A stretch of DNA of 63,881 nt, filler included, from Phoronis australis (GCA_002633005.1; 5 parts of 5 records of this genome joined end to end with filler, not necessarily neighbours in it), one strand, 5' to 3'. Shown: positions 1 to 13,542, counted from the whole stretch's first letter. Numbers and translations: made by a program. Notes: generated by a model not told the origin, from the sequence alone.

Positions 1-2479
1 CATGTCACACCAAAAAACCGGCTTAAACGGCGTTAAGAGGTTTTTTTCTTCTATAACTCGGACCATAGGCCTTTAAGCCATGTTTAAGAATAATCTGCAT
101 TTCACAAAGGTCGCTTAACTTTTAGACGAGGGGTTTAGTAAGGTCAAGTTTAGACCTGGTCCACGTCAGTCAAATTTAAAATTGGACTTGTTCAGACCCT
201 GGTTTAACTGTTTAATAAGTCACACTTGCATGATATAGGTACAACTGAATGATGCTGCAATGTTAATTTACGAGGCAGTTTTTGAGCGAATATGGACTAT
301 TTTCAATATTCAGAAACGAACTCCAGGGCTCAATTGAATAACATTTTTTCATATCACTTGAAATGTAATAGCAATTTATGTAATATTTTAGCAAAAACTT
401 TTATCGTATATTATGGATTTTTAAGTAATAATTTTTGTAGCTGAAATATACGGGATAAGATAAGGATTAAGTAAAAAATAATACTCAATACATCAACAAA
501 GTGGAGTAGAAAAAAAAGAACATATCAATCAATATATTTGTTTATTTTAACTTTGTAAAACATCAATTCAAAAGTCATTACGACACATTTGAAGAATTAT
601 ATGAAAACAACGTTCCATGTTTGTTATACATTATGCAATACATTTCAATATATAAAATAATGCAACAATCCCAGCCATGAAACCTAGCACTTCTACAGTA
701 CTGACGTTCTGGAATAATCTTAATGTAAATGACAATAATTTTGATTTTGCCAACTTACCAATAGTTGTTCAGGATAATGCATAAGTTTGGAATGAACGTA
801 CAACACAATGGTAATTCCCAAAATTTTCGAAGAAATAACATTTTTATAGTTTCACAGAAATCACGCTAGCCTTTGATTTTCAAGTTTGAAATTTAAAACC
901 CTGCTTGTGTGTTCACAGGGAATAATGCATCAGTAAATTAATTTTGTTGTCACGTAGTTATACACTGCAACACAGAAGTTATGTTTCAAAGTGAGCTCTG
1001 CCAGGCAAAGTGATGACTAAAATTCGAAACACAATCTTATCGGCTGTGGAGCATAGCAAGTGAATATATGGGAAACAAGCTGTTTGGGTGCAGCAGAATG
1101 CATCAAATAATAAGGTTCATTTGCGAATATAATGTTTCCATGAATGGACTGTCTACAAGTTAGCCAAATGATCCACGTATAGGATAGTATAATCTTCAGT
1201 AATATAACCTGAGGTAGGCGTATGGCTAGGATAATGCAGAGTAGTGCCTGGACATTGATGCAAACTCATCAACTCATAGTGTTTACTCTAAACTAACGTT
1301 TCACACTTTTGTTGAGGAGTAAAATGTTCGTCATCGAAGAGGCAACTACACAGTCGCATATTTTCTAGCCCCTGTAATAATTTCTCTGCTACTTCAGATC
1401 AGTATACACATATTCTCCACCTAAAGCGCACATCAAAATCAATGAATGGCAGATAAAGTTTTGGCTTCGATCAACTCGCAGTCCCGATTGTTTGAGGTTT
1501 AGTGATATATCTGACTCTTTGCAAGGCTTGGATTTGATGGTACAATGTTCTTAGCCTGGAAGTTAAAGGTGCGATCTATCAACTTCACTGTTAGAATATT
1601 TGAGAAACGTTTGTCATTTAATCTTAACTTAATTATGCTAGGTTTACGTACAGTTTCTTTTTTGTCATTTTCCACTGATTTTTTTTCCTAATTATTTCTT
1701 ATTTTGCTGAGTATTTCCATCACTTTGACTGAATCTCGAGCCCACTCTCCTCTCCACCAGCGTCACTCCCAACTTACGATATTTTCATAAACTACCCACT
1801 ACTATAAGATGACGAATTTCTAAGTCAAATTATTAACATTTACAAAGTTGTATCTGTCTAATGAAGTCCTGCATGACGTAGGTATTTAAAGACTTCACAG
1901 ACCACGTTTCTATGTCTGCCAAAGTCTTCGAGTTTCTGACTTAAATGATAGTCTTGTTCTGTATGTCGGTATCAGGTTAAATGGACTGAACGCCTATCAA
2001 CTGAAAACAAAGTAGTTAAATTTCAGAGTTAAATAAGAGCATCTTAATTTAAAATTTGGAGAGTGTTCCACTGCTGATTTTTTTGAACCTACTTGCTCCG
2101 GAAATATCTTGACATCGTCAATGGTGTGTTGGGTCACACTTGACCGTAATAACAATGTGCGTAACCACATTTACAGCATTCTTAACGCCACTCTGACAGT
2201 TATCTATCTCATGACAGCTGGCAGAATGTATAACGTATTGCACCGTTATTGATCCATAACCTTTCAGTATGGAGCTCAGGCAACAGTGTAAGATTGAGGC
2301 AGTCACATATGGGCGTAAGAAAGTTTGCTTACGGTGTGTGGGGTAGGTGGAGGCGAACTAGACGTGAGTGCGACATCCCTCTGTCCACGTTAGTTTCGCC
2401 TCCGCCACAGGCCGGTTCATCACAGATCGTCCGATTCCCTTTGTACCTCGGTCGACACCCATTACGTCCCTAGACAAGA

Positions 2480-2860
2480 GATGTGACTTATGAAAGACAC
2501 AAGCAGGCAAATAGTTTTGCGTTGACTGAGTCCAAGTTTGAGACAAGTCTGTATTTAGGTATTAGATCCTAGGAATTGAAAATAATTTATCTTGTTGTTA
2601 TTGTCGTTTCATAGAAAATATAAGTTCATCATTTTAAACGTTAGTGTTATAACCAATTAAGTTAACTCCACAAACACGGGGACATTTCCTACGACAGAGA
2701 TTGCCATGGATTCATTCCCTAGAATAACTAAATGGAAAAAATCTGCAATGTTCTGCGAAATTGCTTTAACGACGTTTCAGTTCCGATCTACCCCTTCTAC
2801 TCTACGTAAAAATTATTTCCTACCTCCTGGTGTTTATGGACAAAAGCTGCAAGGTCTTAG
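2480..2860 (+). repeat. Diverged direct repeat, copy 1 (partner ~10085-10500)
   Basis: Shared blocks such as gagattgccatggattcattc, gcgaaattgcttta, atggacaaaa..tgcaaggtctt. Confidence 0.8.
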
Positions 2861-3181
2861 ACAATGAGCCAGATCCCTAGTAGAAGCAGCTATTGGCCGT
2901 TTGCATGAAACCTATGTTGCCTAATTCTCAGAGACGCAGGCAGAAGCATGATTCTTTAACAGTATGTAGACATCTACGGTAGAGGGTGTACAGCAGACTG
3001 CATATCTGAATGTGTTTCAGTTTCTACCTGATAATACGGAAAGGCATTTTTTCTATTGATTATGGTAATGTTAGCAAAAGTTTAATGACACTTTGTTTTA
3101 ATTTCCTATACTTGTTTCTCCTTTTATATACCTGTTTCCCCGTAACATGATCTGATGCTTAATTACAGAAAACTAGAAGTC

Positions 3182-3263
3182 ATGAAGTGCATCACCGTAT
3201 TCATTCTGTTGATGCTGGCTGTGGGATGCCTCCAGGCGGTGCCGGAAGATGGCGAAAACAACA
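3182..3263 (+). CDS. Defensin-like gene, coding exon 1 (signal peptide + acidic segment)
   Basis: gtcATG start; MKCITVFILLMLAVGCLQA-VPEDGENN; donor gtgag at 3264; possible upstream acceptor ttacag at 3168. Confidence 0.75.
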
Positions 3264-6200
3264 GTGAGAACAATAACTGTCATTGCTCTGGGCGGATTTC
3301 CGCAAAAAAATTTCAAGTTAAAATGAAGTGATCATGGCCAGTCCTTGTAATGCCTGGCGATATCTTGCGAGGTTTTGCGTTTTCGCTAGTTCCATGCCTC
3401 CGCAGAACAGGAGCCTGATCAAACTTGCTAAAACTTCAAGTTTAAAACTGCATTCTGTCCTACGGCTTTGATAACCTAAAAATTGAATTGGGACTTTCAC
3501 TCAAATCAAATCGGTGTCAGAATATTTGTGACCGCGATGGACATCTACTTTTCGTCTAAGAACAAAAATATCGAAGCCTTCAACTACTCAAAAACCTGTT
3601 CAGAGTTTATCGACCTTTGACAACCTCTCAATTCAGAATCAAAAGTGATGATTATATCCACTATCTGAGACTTGAGTCCACAATTCAAGATCAGAAGAGC
3701 GCGGTCATGTTTTAAAGCTCCTTATCACAGGTAAGTGTTGATAGAGGCGTGTGATAAAGGAGTTATCAAGCGACAAGATTTCATACAAAAGAACTAGACT
3801 GTAATATCCATACCAACTCTTGGACAGATACCCAGCACCAGCCCACGGGTTGAATAATACGGTCATTGCCTGTTTTAACTTTAATTGGTCTAGGTGGACT
3901 GATTAAGATTGATGGTACATTAGCTACTAAAGGCCAATGAACCCAGAGGTATTTTGGAGTCAAAACATCCTACTACGCTGTGCTGATGTTTTAAACAAAT
4001 CCAAAACGAAATGCTGAATATAGGAAAAACAAAATATAAGCTCAAAAGGCATGTCAATTGACTCTGACTTTTTTCAATACTTCGATAAAACTGGACAAGT
4101 AATGAAAAATTATAACGAAAAACAAATAAAAAGTACATACACTGGGAGTATGGATAACAAAATTTCTACGCCAACACCGAAAAAAATCCAATGTTAAACT
4201 GTTCCATTCTTTGCAATTTTAAATGAAAATAAACAGTTTTTTTTTCCAGAGATATTTATTAACTCAACCAACCAGTACATAGTTGTGTGACAATATGACA
4301 TCTAGTTTAGTGTACATCAACAGTTAATAATTAGAATAAGTTATAGATTGTGAATATCTATTAATTCAAAGAAAACTAAAAAAGAAAGAATTAAACAATT
4401 TTATCACTGCCTCATTCATCACCGACAGACTAGGTGATTTGAAAACACATTTGAATTCGGGCTTTGCCCTCCCTTGAATGTCACGAATCTCTTGATAATA
4501 ACTCACAGTCACCATCGTCTGTGGCATAATGCATATAATCATGATACTATAACATGAACATATAATTAATAAATTACAATTTGGAAACAAATTGTTTAAT
4601 AATCAATGGTAGGCTACATTGCCACAACTTCACATGGCCAAACTTGAAAATGATGACCAATCATAAGCAAGCTCCAAATTAAGATACATTAATGATGTGG
4701 TTTCGTAAGCCTCCCGAAAATAGGAAGTGGACCCTGGGTTAAATTCAAGACTTAATTGTTCTGATGAGTAACAAGTATGAAATAAATCGAATCCCAAATT
4801 TACATAAGTGTTTTTTCGTGGTGTTAAAGTCCAAGCATTGATCACCCAAAATACATGTAGATCGGTTTCATCCACGTACACCACAAATCCAAAACGTAAA
4901 CAGGGAAGTTCCAAAGCAGTGATCTCCCTAGGTAACAAGGACACGTTTAATCGTGACCTTTCATTCCATGAGGATATGGCTACTTAACGCGTAGCTGGAT
5001 CAGTCAGCGCTAAGCCTAGTGACATTGCCATACGGAACTGCCACTCATTAACGGCAACAGACATTTTCACGAAAGATGTCGCTCTTGTCGGTTGGCGACA
5101 AGTCTTTCACTTATGGCACATCTCATTTACAAAATACCCCGAAAAACGGGTGATAAGGTTAAATCTCGCGAGATCATATCGGTTCGTAGCCGCACCAAAT
5201 AAACGCTTCGTCATTGTTGTAATTTGAATAGGTTTTTAGCAGCTAGGCCGGACTAAGTTCTTAAAAATGGTAATTGTAATCTTTGTAGATGACAAAATCC
5301 GTATTTGTCGACTCGTTTATGTGTCAAAAAAGACTTATCTCCCTTGTCATGCATACTCGGGGAAATCCCTGTAAATGGAATCCCCGGGTAGAATCGCGAC
5401 GAATGCGAACGATATTGGAGTACCTGTAGCATTAATTGAGGCAATTTTAAAACGAAACACATCATTGAAACGGTTTACTTATCACTAAGTGAACATAAAT
5501 GTTCACTGTGCGATTAAAATAAAACTAGCAGAAGCACGGTTGACAGGTCAACTAATTGCGCTATTGACGTTCCCACACTGACCTGCATTTTGTTTGTTTA
5601 TGAGCCCTGTACTTGACCAAACATTAGTAGATCTTTGCCGTGCACTAATAACAATACAAGAACAGCAACAATTTTTTGGGAGACATCAGTGATGATATTA
5701 CTGATGATGAAGAAACTAGTGGTGACGTTTTGTAGTACTGTTCCAGTGGCGGATCAAGGACCAGAAGGGGGGTCCAACATGTAACCTCTGGGAATTGGGA
5801 AGAGCGCGGTTGTATATGTACAGGCGTACCGAAACTGACCCGGAGTATGAAACTTCTGTTCGGGAAATCTATCGACTAAAAAATCAAACAAATAAAAAAC
5901 GGGAACGAGAGCCCTCCACGACATGGGGTCTGAGTCCCCCCACTTCTCCAGTACTGGTCCTTGTTACATTTCTTCACGCGTTTCTTTTTCCTTGCTGCAT
6001 CCCCTGCCCACCTAAATCAGCCTATGTTTTCCAATTAGTGATGAAATTAAAGGAAGTTATTAAGTATTGTATGCTCACCCTAAGGCTCTGACATCAACAA
6101 GTGATGGTGTAAAATGCTTGCAAAACTAGGAATTAGCTTCCAACGTGGCAATGGTGGTAATCAACGAAGGTCGCATTGTGTTAGAATGGTGAGTTTAATG

Positions 6201-9200
6201 CAGACAAAATACTTTCAATAACATCTAGAATTTCTAAATCTGAGCCTGGAAGTTTTACGGAAATCTGGGAAATCTGCCAAAAATAATCAAAAACATCAAT
6301 TTATTCGATGCAGATGCACTAAAAAAATGCCTCCCAAGAGACACGACAACTTGGATTTAACAAGGAATCCAGCAGCCCTTTTAGGTCACCCTGAAGTACA
6401 AAAATTGGGACAGAATCGGAAATCCAAATCATTAAAATAAGATTTTCATGGGTGATTTTACTGTCAAAATTGTCCTTTAATTTTTTTTATTTTTAATAGC
6501 GTATCTCCACCAGTGATAGTGCTATCAAAGCAACAAATGTGCAGAGAACATCATGTAGGCAAGCATTCTTAACCTTAACTATATATATGAAATCCATAAT
6601 CTATAACATTTTAAATGCTTCTGTAAAAGCAATCATGTATTATACATTGACATTAGATGCTAAAGACACAATTGTAACGTTTCATTATCTCGGTATACCA
6701 TTTATTTTTTCCAAAACATATCTTAACAATAACATCTTATCACATGACACAAGTTCCTTTGGTATATACATGTATCAGTCTAGCAAATAAAAACATTATT
6801 CTTTGATCAAAACCCCTTAAGCATATTAAGCACTAAAATAGTTCTGTGACTAACTCACTATGTAACTGATTTTAACATCACACACACACATAACACACAN
6901 AACACACACACACACACACCCTCACACACACACGCACACACAAACACGCACACACACAGACACAAACACCATTTCTTGTAAAAAATATTCATACACGTAG
7001 CTTATAAATAAGAAATTCCCTCAAGATTTTTAAATCGAAAGCATTACGTCATGACTATATAACCAAAACGGGTACTGCCCCTATTATCTGCCTCAGAGTC
7101 AATAACTGAAATTGACTATTGATAGCTGTTGTCACTTACGATTTCTGCCGTTCGTCATTATTCTAGACCGGCAATCTAGAGACCAGTGGTTCGATCCCCA
7201 GTTGGGATCCTTATTTTACTCTGATTATTCGAAATGTTTCATTACTGGCCAACCTCAGAGTCTATATATTTACTATGTCATTTTTAAACCTGGTGTAATA
7301 TACCGCACCACCACTAAAGATCAAAAACTGAACAATAAGTTGGCATCACTTTTGCAACTTTTTCTTAAAGCAGATCCTCTTATAAACAAGAACAGTCATC
7401 CATCAGTTTTACAGTTAACTACATACTTAATTTCAAAAATCATTCACGCAAAAATTCTCTAGTTTGGGAGAGTGAATAATTATTTTGTTCGAAGTCGAAG
7501 CTAGTCCCAATTTTAAGAACTTCACACAAGTGTTTGTCAGAAATTCAAGGGGAATGGTAACAATTTATTAAATGTTTGTCATGAGAGTCGCTTTTTATGA
7601 ACTTATAGGAGTATTCTTGCAACCTGTTATGCTACAACATAGCGTTAGGAATTTGGAAAGTACGAAAAGATAAAAATCACTCATGCCTCAAGTTTCAGGA
7701 TGAAAAAAATAAATTTCTGCCATGATTTCTGTCTTCTGTCTCAATCTGGAGAGATTTTAATGTAATATATCACCGATCTATTTGCTATCATCAACTATGT
7801 CACCTTTGCTGAAATATATGTTAAAACAATTGTAAGCTATAAATGTGATCCATCTGAAAAATGTTCAACCATACACTATTGTCAGCATGATGATTAATAC
7901 ACGCAGCAGGCAATAGCCTCTGTACGGCACAGAGTTGAGGCTTTTTGGCAAACACCTACAAATATCCCATACGTTATCGCTACAGTGAAGTCATTCTTAG
8001 TCATACCAATAAGTAGTGAATGACACATGGTGACAGAAGTGGTAGCCCATGTGGACGATTTCCCACTTCTTTCACAATTTTCCAAAGAAGCGACTTGTCA
8101 TCCAGGTCCCTCATGGGAAGTCTAAGCCCACTTTTTTCTGAAGTCTTGCAAAGATCATCCAAATATGTACTGATTTTAAACAAGTTTCCGATCAAGTTGC
8201 TCATTTGAGTATTTAGACATGTTTGACAGGAAAGGCTTTGGTTGTTGATAATACTCAAATACTGAATACCCATGTTCATCTAACTCGGACTCAAAATTTA
8301 ACATGGTCTACTAAGTCGGACTGAAAATTTAATAATCTCTTTGCTCCTGTTGGCTTCTAAGAGACAGATGGCAAATCAATTAGAAAATGTTTTTGTCGAT
8401 CTTGAGACTGAGCAATGAGAATGCTGACATCCATTCTTGCTTATTTTTGCAGCTGTGTGAGTTTTGAATAAAACGGAATGCATGAGCTGCACATAAACAC
8501 AGGTCTTGTGTCCAACAAATCATTGTTGCATTGAATGTAAACGAGTTAAAGAATCCAAGTACTTCTGCTTAATGCAACATTTTTAACTTTGTGTGCGTGA
8601 GAGTCAGAGTATAACAGTTTGCCACGTAATATGCATGTCTTTGACTTTGCCTTTTTAAGTGGAGTATTACAGTCACCATCTGAAATTAAATATACGTTAA
8701 TAGTAAAGGCTTTCAATTTTTACTAACATGACTGATGTGCATCCTAAAATTATATGCGTTCAAGTGAGTTGACTTACGGCTGTAAAATTTTAATCATGCG
8801 GGTCACTTTTAGTACTGCAGATGGGAATTATGCTTAATTAACATTTTGCAGAAATTCTGTAGTTACAGAATTAAAACATGCGACTCTGCTCGCAGAAAAT
8901 GGTCCCCGGCATGTATAACAAGTTTTCAAGTAATTAGGTGTGATCAGACTGAACTCTGAAATCGAAGTCCAAGCGGCCACAGTCACGGTGATGTGTCGAA
9001 ATCAAAAGGTCACCAATTTATGTTCAAATCAGACCCCTTTTAACTCATCACCGTGCAGACGTACATGGCTATTCCAGGTTAGATTCCCGGTTCGGAGATT
9101 GATCTGAGTCGGCATTTACAACTGTTGTTCAGTAACATTTACATGGATTCAAAAAAGCAATAGGCCTACTGCCTAACCCAGAAATTGCGAGCCACCATGT

Positions 9201-9948
9201 TTACAAAAGCGCCGTCTACCGACCGAAATGATAGAAATGAGCTACTTTCGTGCAGGCTAATGTACTCCATATGAGTAAGTATATACACGCTGTGTGGGCT
9301 TAAGTAGTAAATGGGCAACAGAGGAAATTTTGGAAGTTGTCATTGAAATCCTCAACAATGTGGTAGTCAACTTGTATGCCTTCACGAACTGCACTGTTGG
9401 TCTAATCAGTGGCGGATTTAAGGAAGCCAAGGGGTCCATGACCCACCTAACATTTTCCAAGATTGCATTGGCAGTTCGAGAGTGCAAGTGTTTGACGGGA
9501 AAATCCTGTATAATACTCTGTCCTGCCCCCTCCCCTAATTCAGAGTCCTGTATCCGTCGCTGCTCATTGATAATCATCTGTTCTATTGATACATATCTGA
9601 CCTGTTCCACGTGTCTCATTATTTCCTTGACGGAACACACCCTCCTCCAACAACGCTATGCAACAACTTGGGTTTCGGTCACATTTTATATTTTGGTCGT
9701 GAAATTCCAACGCTGCACCCCACCGAACCTCATCCACTGGTTGAAACTGCATACGATTACTATTAGAATGGTAATGATGATCTAAGACAGCATTTTACAA
9801 GTGACTAATGTCCTCTATTTCAGGTTTGACTGATGACGCTTGTGAAAATGCGAGTTGCAACGCGGGGTGCGAAAATAATTTACACCTAAGTGGAGAGTGT
9901 TTTCCCTTGGCTGGCGAAAATAGCGTATGCGTATGTAACTATGTTTAG
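3182..9948 (+). CDS. Secreted 68-aa six-cysteine CS-alpha-beta (defensin-like) peptide, 2 coding exons: 3182-3263 and 9824-9948
   Basis: Spliced translation MKCITVFILLMLAVGCLQAVPEDGENN/SLTDDACENASCNAGCENNLHLSGECFPLAGENSVCVCNYV*. Hydrophobic signal peptide. Phase-1 GT-AG intron (A|gtgag ... gactaat-tcctctatttcag|GT). Cys spacing C-x4-C-x3-C-x9-C-x9-C-x-C with GxC. Confidence 0.8.
5744..5956. mobile_element. MITE of the CAGTGGCGGAT family (degenerate right end)
   Basis: Starts cagtggcggatc with a G-run; ends with a C-run and tccagtactg. Confidence 0.45.
6878..6969. repeat. Imperfect (CA)n microsatellite
   Basis: Directly visible. Confidence 0.95.
9407..9562. mobile_element. MITE of the CAGTGGCGGAT family
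   Basis: TIR cagtggcggat...atccgtcgctg; flanks ctaat/ctcat could be a degenerate 5-bp TSD. Confidence 0.6.
9824..9948 (+). CDS. Defensin-like gene, coding exon 2 (Cys-rich domain)
   Basis: Branch point ctaat, pyrimidine tract and cag at 9821-9823. Encodes six Cys. The TAG stop is followed directly by a gtaag donor. Confidence 0.8.
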
Positions 9949-10084
9949 GTAAGGCCCTACTTTTTGGGACTAATTCTCCATTTATTTTCATTTAACTAAA
10001 GGATCAATGTTTAGTTAATTAAGAGGGATTTTCGTCAATCAAAAGGAGCTCATCAAGAAGATGAGATGATTGAGAGAGATTACA

Positions 10085-10500
10085 CATATAACTTATAAAC
10101 GTCACAAGTATGCGAACAATTGAGAATTGAGTGATAAAGTTCTTAGTCTAAGTCTGTGAGAAGTATGCATTTAGAGATTAGATATTCTGGGTACAGGATT
10201 TGAAAATAATTTAAATTGTAAATCTTGTCGTTTTTTAAAATAGATGTTCATTTTAAACTTTATTGTTATGACCAATTAACTTGACCCTATATACACGTGG
10301 ACATTTTTGACGACGGAGATTGCCATGGATTCATTCAGGTGAATAACACAACAGAAAAATTCTGGAATGTTCCGCGAAATTGCTTTACCGACGTTTTAAA
10401 GCCCCTTTACCATTTCTACTATGGACTGATGACTAGCTGGTTCCCGCGAAAATTTCTTTGCTGCCACCCTGTGTTCATGGACAAAAACTGCAAGGTCTTG
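10085..10500 (+). repeat. Diverged direct repeat, copy 2 (partner ~2480-2860)
   Basis: Same blocks in the same order as 2480-2860. Confidence 0.8.
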
Positions 10501-12412
10501 GTTAATTTTAGTAATTGTATTTATGTGAAGTTGACAAAGGACGACGATGACTTTCCAATGAATCTGTGCCCCCCAGTTGTGATTTCATTTTTTTTTTTCA
10601 TTTACTTCTAATCTCCTTGACGGATGTTTATTGGATTTGGTAAATAGCTTTCTATTAAAGAAACAATGACATGTTCCTGGGATGGACTCGACGTATTTTG
10701 CGTTTTTTTAAGTGTTGTGTGGAATTGCATCATGCACTAAGCCTAGCATACTTTCGAAAAACTGTGGTTTTGAGTCCCCCGCATGAACGGAATTTACATA
10801 TTGTGAAATTTTAAGCTGGTAAATCGCAACAACACCCAATTGTTTAAATACTGGTTTGGAAACCAGGTAACTTGGTTATCACTGAAAGTATTATGTTTTC
10901 AAACCTAAATATCCGTACCTTTTATTTTTCTGAAATTGCAAACTCCATTGGAGCACTGCCACCATGCTCGGCCGCTTTTGTGTAGTACAAGAAGCATTGT
11001 GTGACCTTTGTATGCCCAATAACACGACACTTATGCTCGTATTCACGGTCCTCTTTTAACTTGAAGATCTTGATTAGTTTTAGTATGAACTTTGCTAATA
11101 GCTTGAATGGACTTTTTTCAAGCGCACATACAGGGTTTTGTCCAGGAGTGCTAAAAATGAACCAGCATGCACTGCAGGCAATGCGTGGGTTCTTAGTCCT
11201 TTACGGTGTTCAAAAACTGACCAAGCAAGGGGGAATGGGCACCCTTAACAACAATAAAACCTGCTTCTCTGAAGTATGAGATGGTGTATTATTAACTCAT
11301 CAGTACATTGAAATTGACTTTTTTTAGCTCTGTAATCCTATTATAGATTTTTTTTTTATTTTTGCACCAGCAAAACTGAAAATCCGCGAAGAAAAAATCT
11401 CTCATACGGCTTCCCATGATCTCCTTCGTCAATGATTTAGCAAAAAGAATGTAATTTGTTCTATTTTGCGTCTTGGTCCATAGATAATTGCACAATCGAG
11501 TTGCGCCTCCTAGAGTCTTTTAATCTAACTGGCAGTGACAAATTGGCAGGAAAGTGTGTGAGTTATGTAAAAAACTGACTGTACAAAAACTGTGAAAGAG
11601 ACAAGATTTTTTTATTATTGTGCTGGGCTGAACAAAGACAGCAGTAACAGATGGAAGTGAACTCATGTTCTAAAAGAATCCGATACAGATTTGGGAGAGC
11701 GATAACAATGCGTAAAGATGGCCTTAATAAAAAGAAGTGAAAATAATATTTTTGTAGGCTAAAATGAGAGGACAAAAAACTCAATAAATCCATCCGAACT
11801 ATTTTTTCTTGCATGTTATTCTTTCTTCTGCTATATAGTTATTTTTTCAATAACGTAAAGCGATGATGTGTTGTTGCTGACAAAAATCACCTTGTTCCCA
11901 AGAATTTTATTTGTCATATTTCAGAAAAAGTACAAAGTGGTGGTAAAAAAATGGTTAAAATAACTCAGAGACTCTTAAAAGACTCAGGCTCAGGTTTCTT
12001 TTGACAAGATCAGCTGATGCGCTAAGTTTCAAATGAATTGGTGATTTTGCATATGTAGCCCACCATCTGTTTTTTATATGGAATTGCTCTTAAACGATCT
12101 GAGTTGAGTCCCTTTTTGGGACTGATTCATGCCACTGGGCACAGGCGGTTTGCAAATTCGAGGATAATACATGTACTTAGTAGTCAGTTCCAAAATTGTG
12201 ATTGAGAATTTTTTACTCTGGAACATGACCACTCTTTTGCAGGAAATCTATTCTTCGAACTAAAACTAAATGCATAATTCTGACTCGTACTTTGAAAATT
12301 CTTCACACTACCTCTGTGTCAGTGTGTACTCAACACAAGGGTGCCTTTTCATTTTGTGTTCTTGTATGTCACTACTGCAATTGCTAATTTCTATTTTATA
12401 TTTCCCTTTCAG

Positions 12413-12500
12413 GCTTTTGAAAGGTCAAGTCACTTTAAAGACTTTTACACAAATGTACTGAAAACTAAGTCAAAATAAAGATCTGTCAAAGCGACTTTCA
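12413..12500 (+). other. Candidate 3'-UTR terminal exon of the defensin-like gene, with polyA signal
   Basis: Acceptor ctaat...ttttatatttccctttcag (ends 12412); AATAAA at 12474-12479; T-rich tract downstream. First strong acceptor/polyA pair I noticed after the 9949 donor. Confidence 0.45.
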
Positions 12501-13542
12501 ATTGTCTCTTTATTGCTGAATTTCTCTCTCCCATAAATACAGTGTATCTATGACTGCGTGTTGGAATTTCGATCAATTTCAAAACAAGGTCAGCAGTCAA
12601 CAGCTCTACAATCGAGCATTAACTACTCACGATGTGCCGAGTGTCTTACTACAATGTAGCTATAATTGTCCACAAAAGTGGTGCATATGTAGAAACATTG
12701 TTGTCCGAGTACAACAAATTTCATGGACGATTCGGGAGCGAGTCACGTGCCATTTTACGCAGAAGTCCATTGTCTGGCCAGCACTAAACCAATCTGTCAA
12801 ATAAATAATGTGGTTTATTGTTTTTTTTTACTATGCCCGGACCTTATTATGAAGCTGACATTAATCCCACAGGTATACATTCAGGGCCGTAATAATGTTT
12901 CCATTTCCCAATTGTCAAGTTAAGCTTTAGTCCACCAATTATTAGTACATGATACCCTGGAAATAATTTATCCAAATTTTCTCAATAAAGTACACTGATG
13001 ACTAAAAAGGTACTTTAGATAATTTATTTTATGCAAGTTTGGAAGGAAAATGATGTTATTACAATCATCATGTCAGCAGTGTTTTCTTTCACAGAGTCAC
13101 GTGTATGTTTAGTGAGGGTGCTTAACTGGATTTCCAAAACTGCCCTTATAAGAAATACTCACAGGCATAAGCAGAATACAAAAGACTGTTTGCTCATTGT
13201 ATAACTTTTCACGGTATTAAACACTTCTCTGCATCCGCCCCAGGTACACCATGATGATAATCAATCAATTGTGTCACACCCCACCCAGTGAGCATGGACA
13301 CACACCAAGTTGACTACAGTGATCTCATCCTCAGATATACTTATTTGAGGCTGACAATAACAAACCATATTAATTTTGATTTGTAGTTGAACATTACGTA
13401 GACATAACGGGGAATGTCATTTCATCAACATACTTGTTGGTGTCAGCATAGTTGCAAATTGGTAGTTGTTCTCATCGATTATTCATGAGTTTTTAAGACA
13501 GCATAATTTTGAAATTTCGTATGGCATATCATTAGTGATATA

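Noticed and set aside
4366-5465. Minus-strand ORFs of 70-104 aa
   Set aside because: No recognisable motifs or consistent exon chain.
7890-8682. Broken coding-like sequence on the minus strand inside the peptide intron (e.g. KTCILRGK...PVFMCSSC)
   Set aside because: Multiple stops and frameshifts; may be a decayed transposon ORF, but I cannot assign a family.
9257-9785. Overlapping 127-aa and 163-aa ORFs
   Set aside because: They span a MITE in the peptide gene intron; no recognisable domain or splice support.
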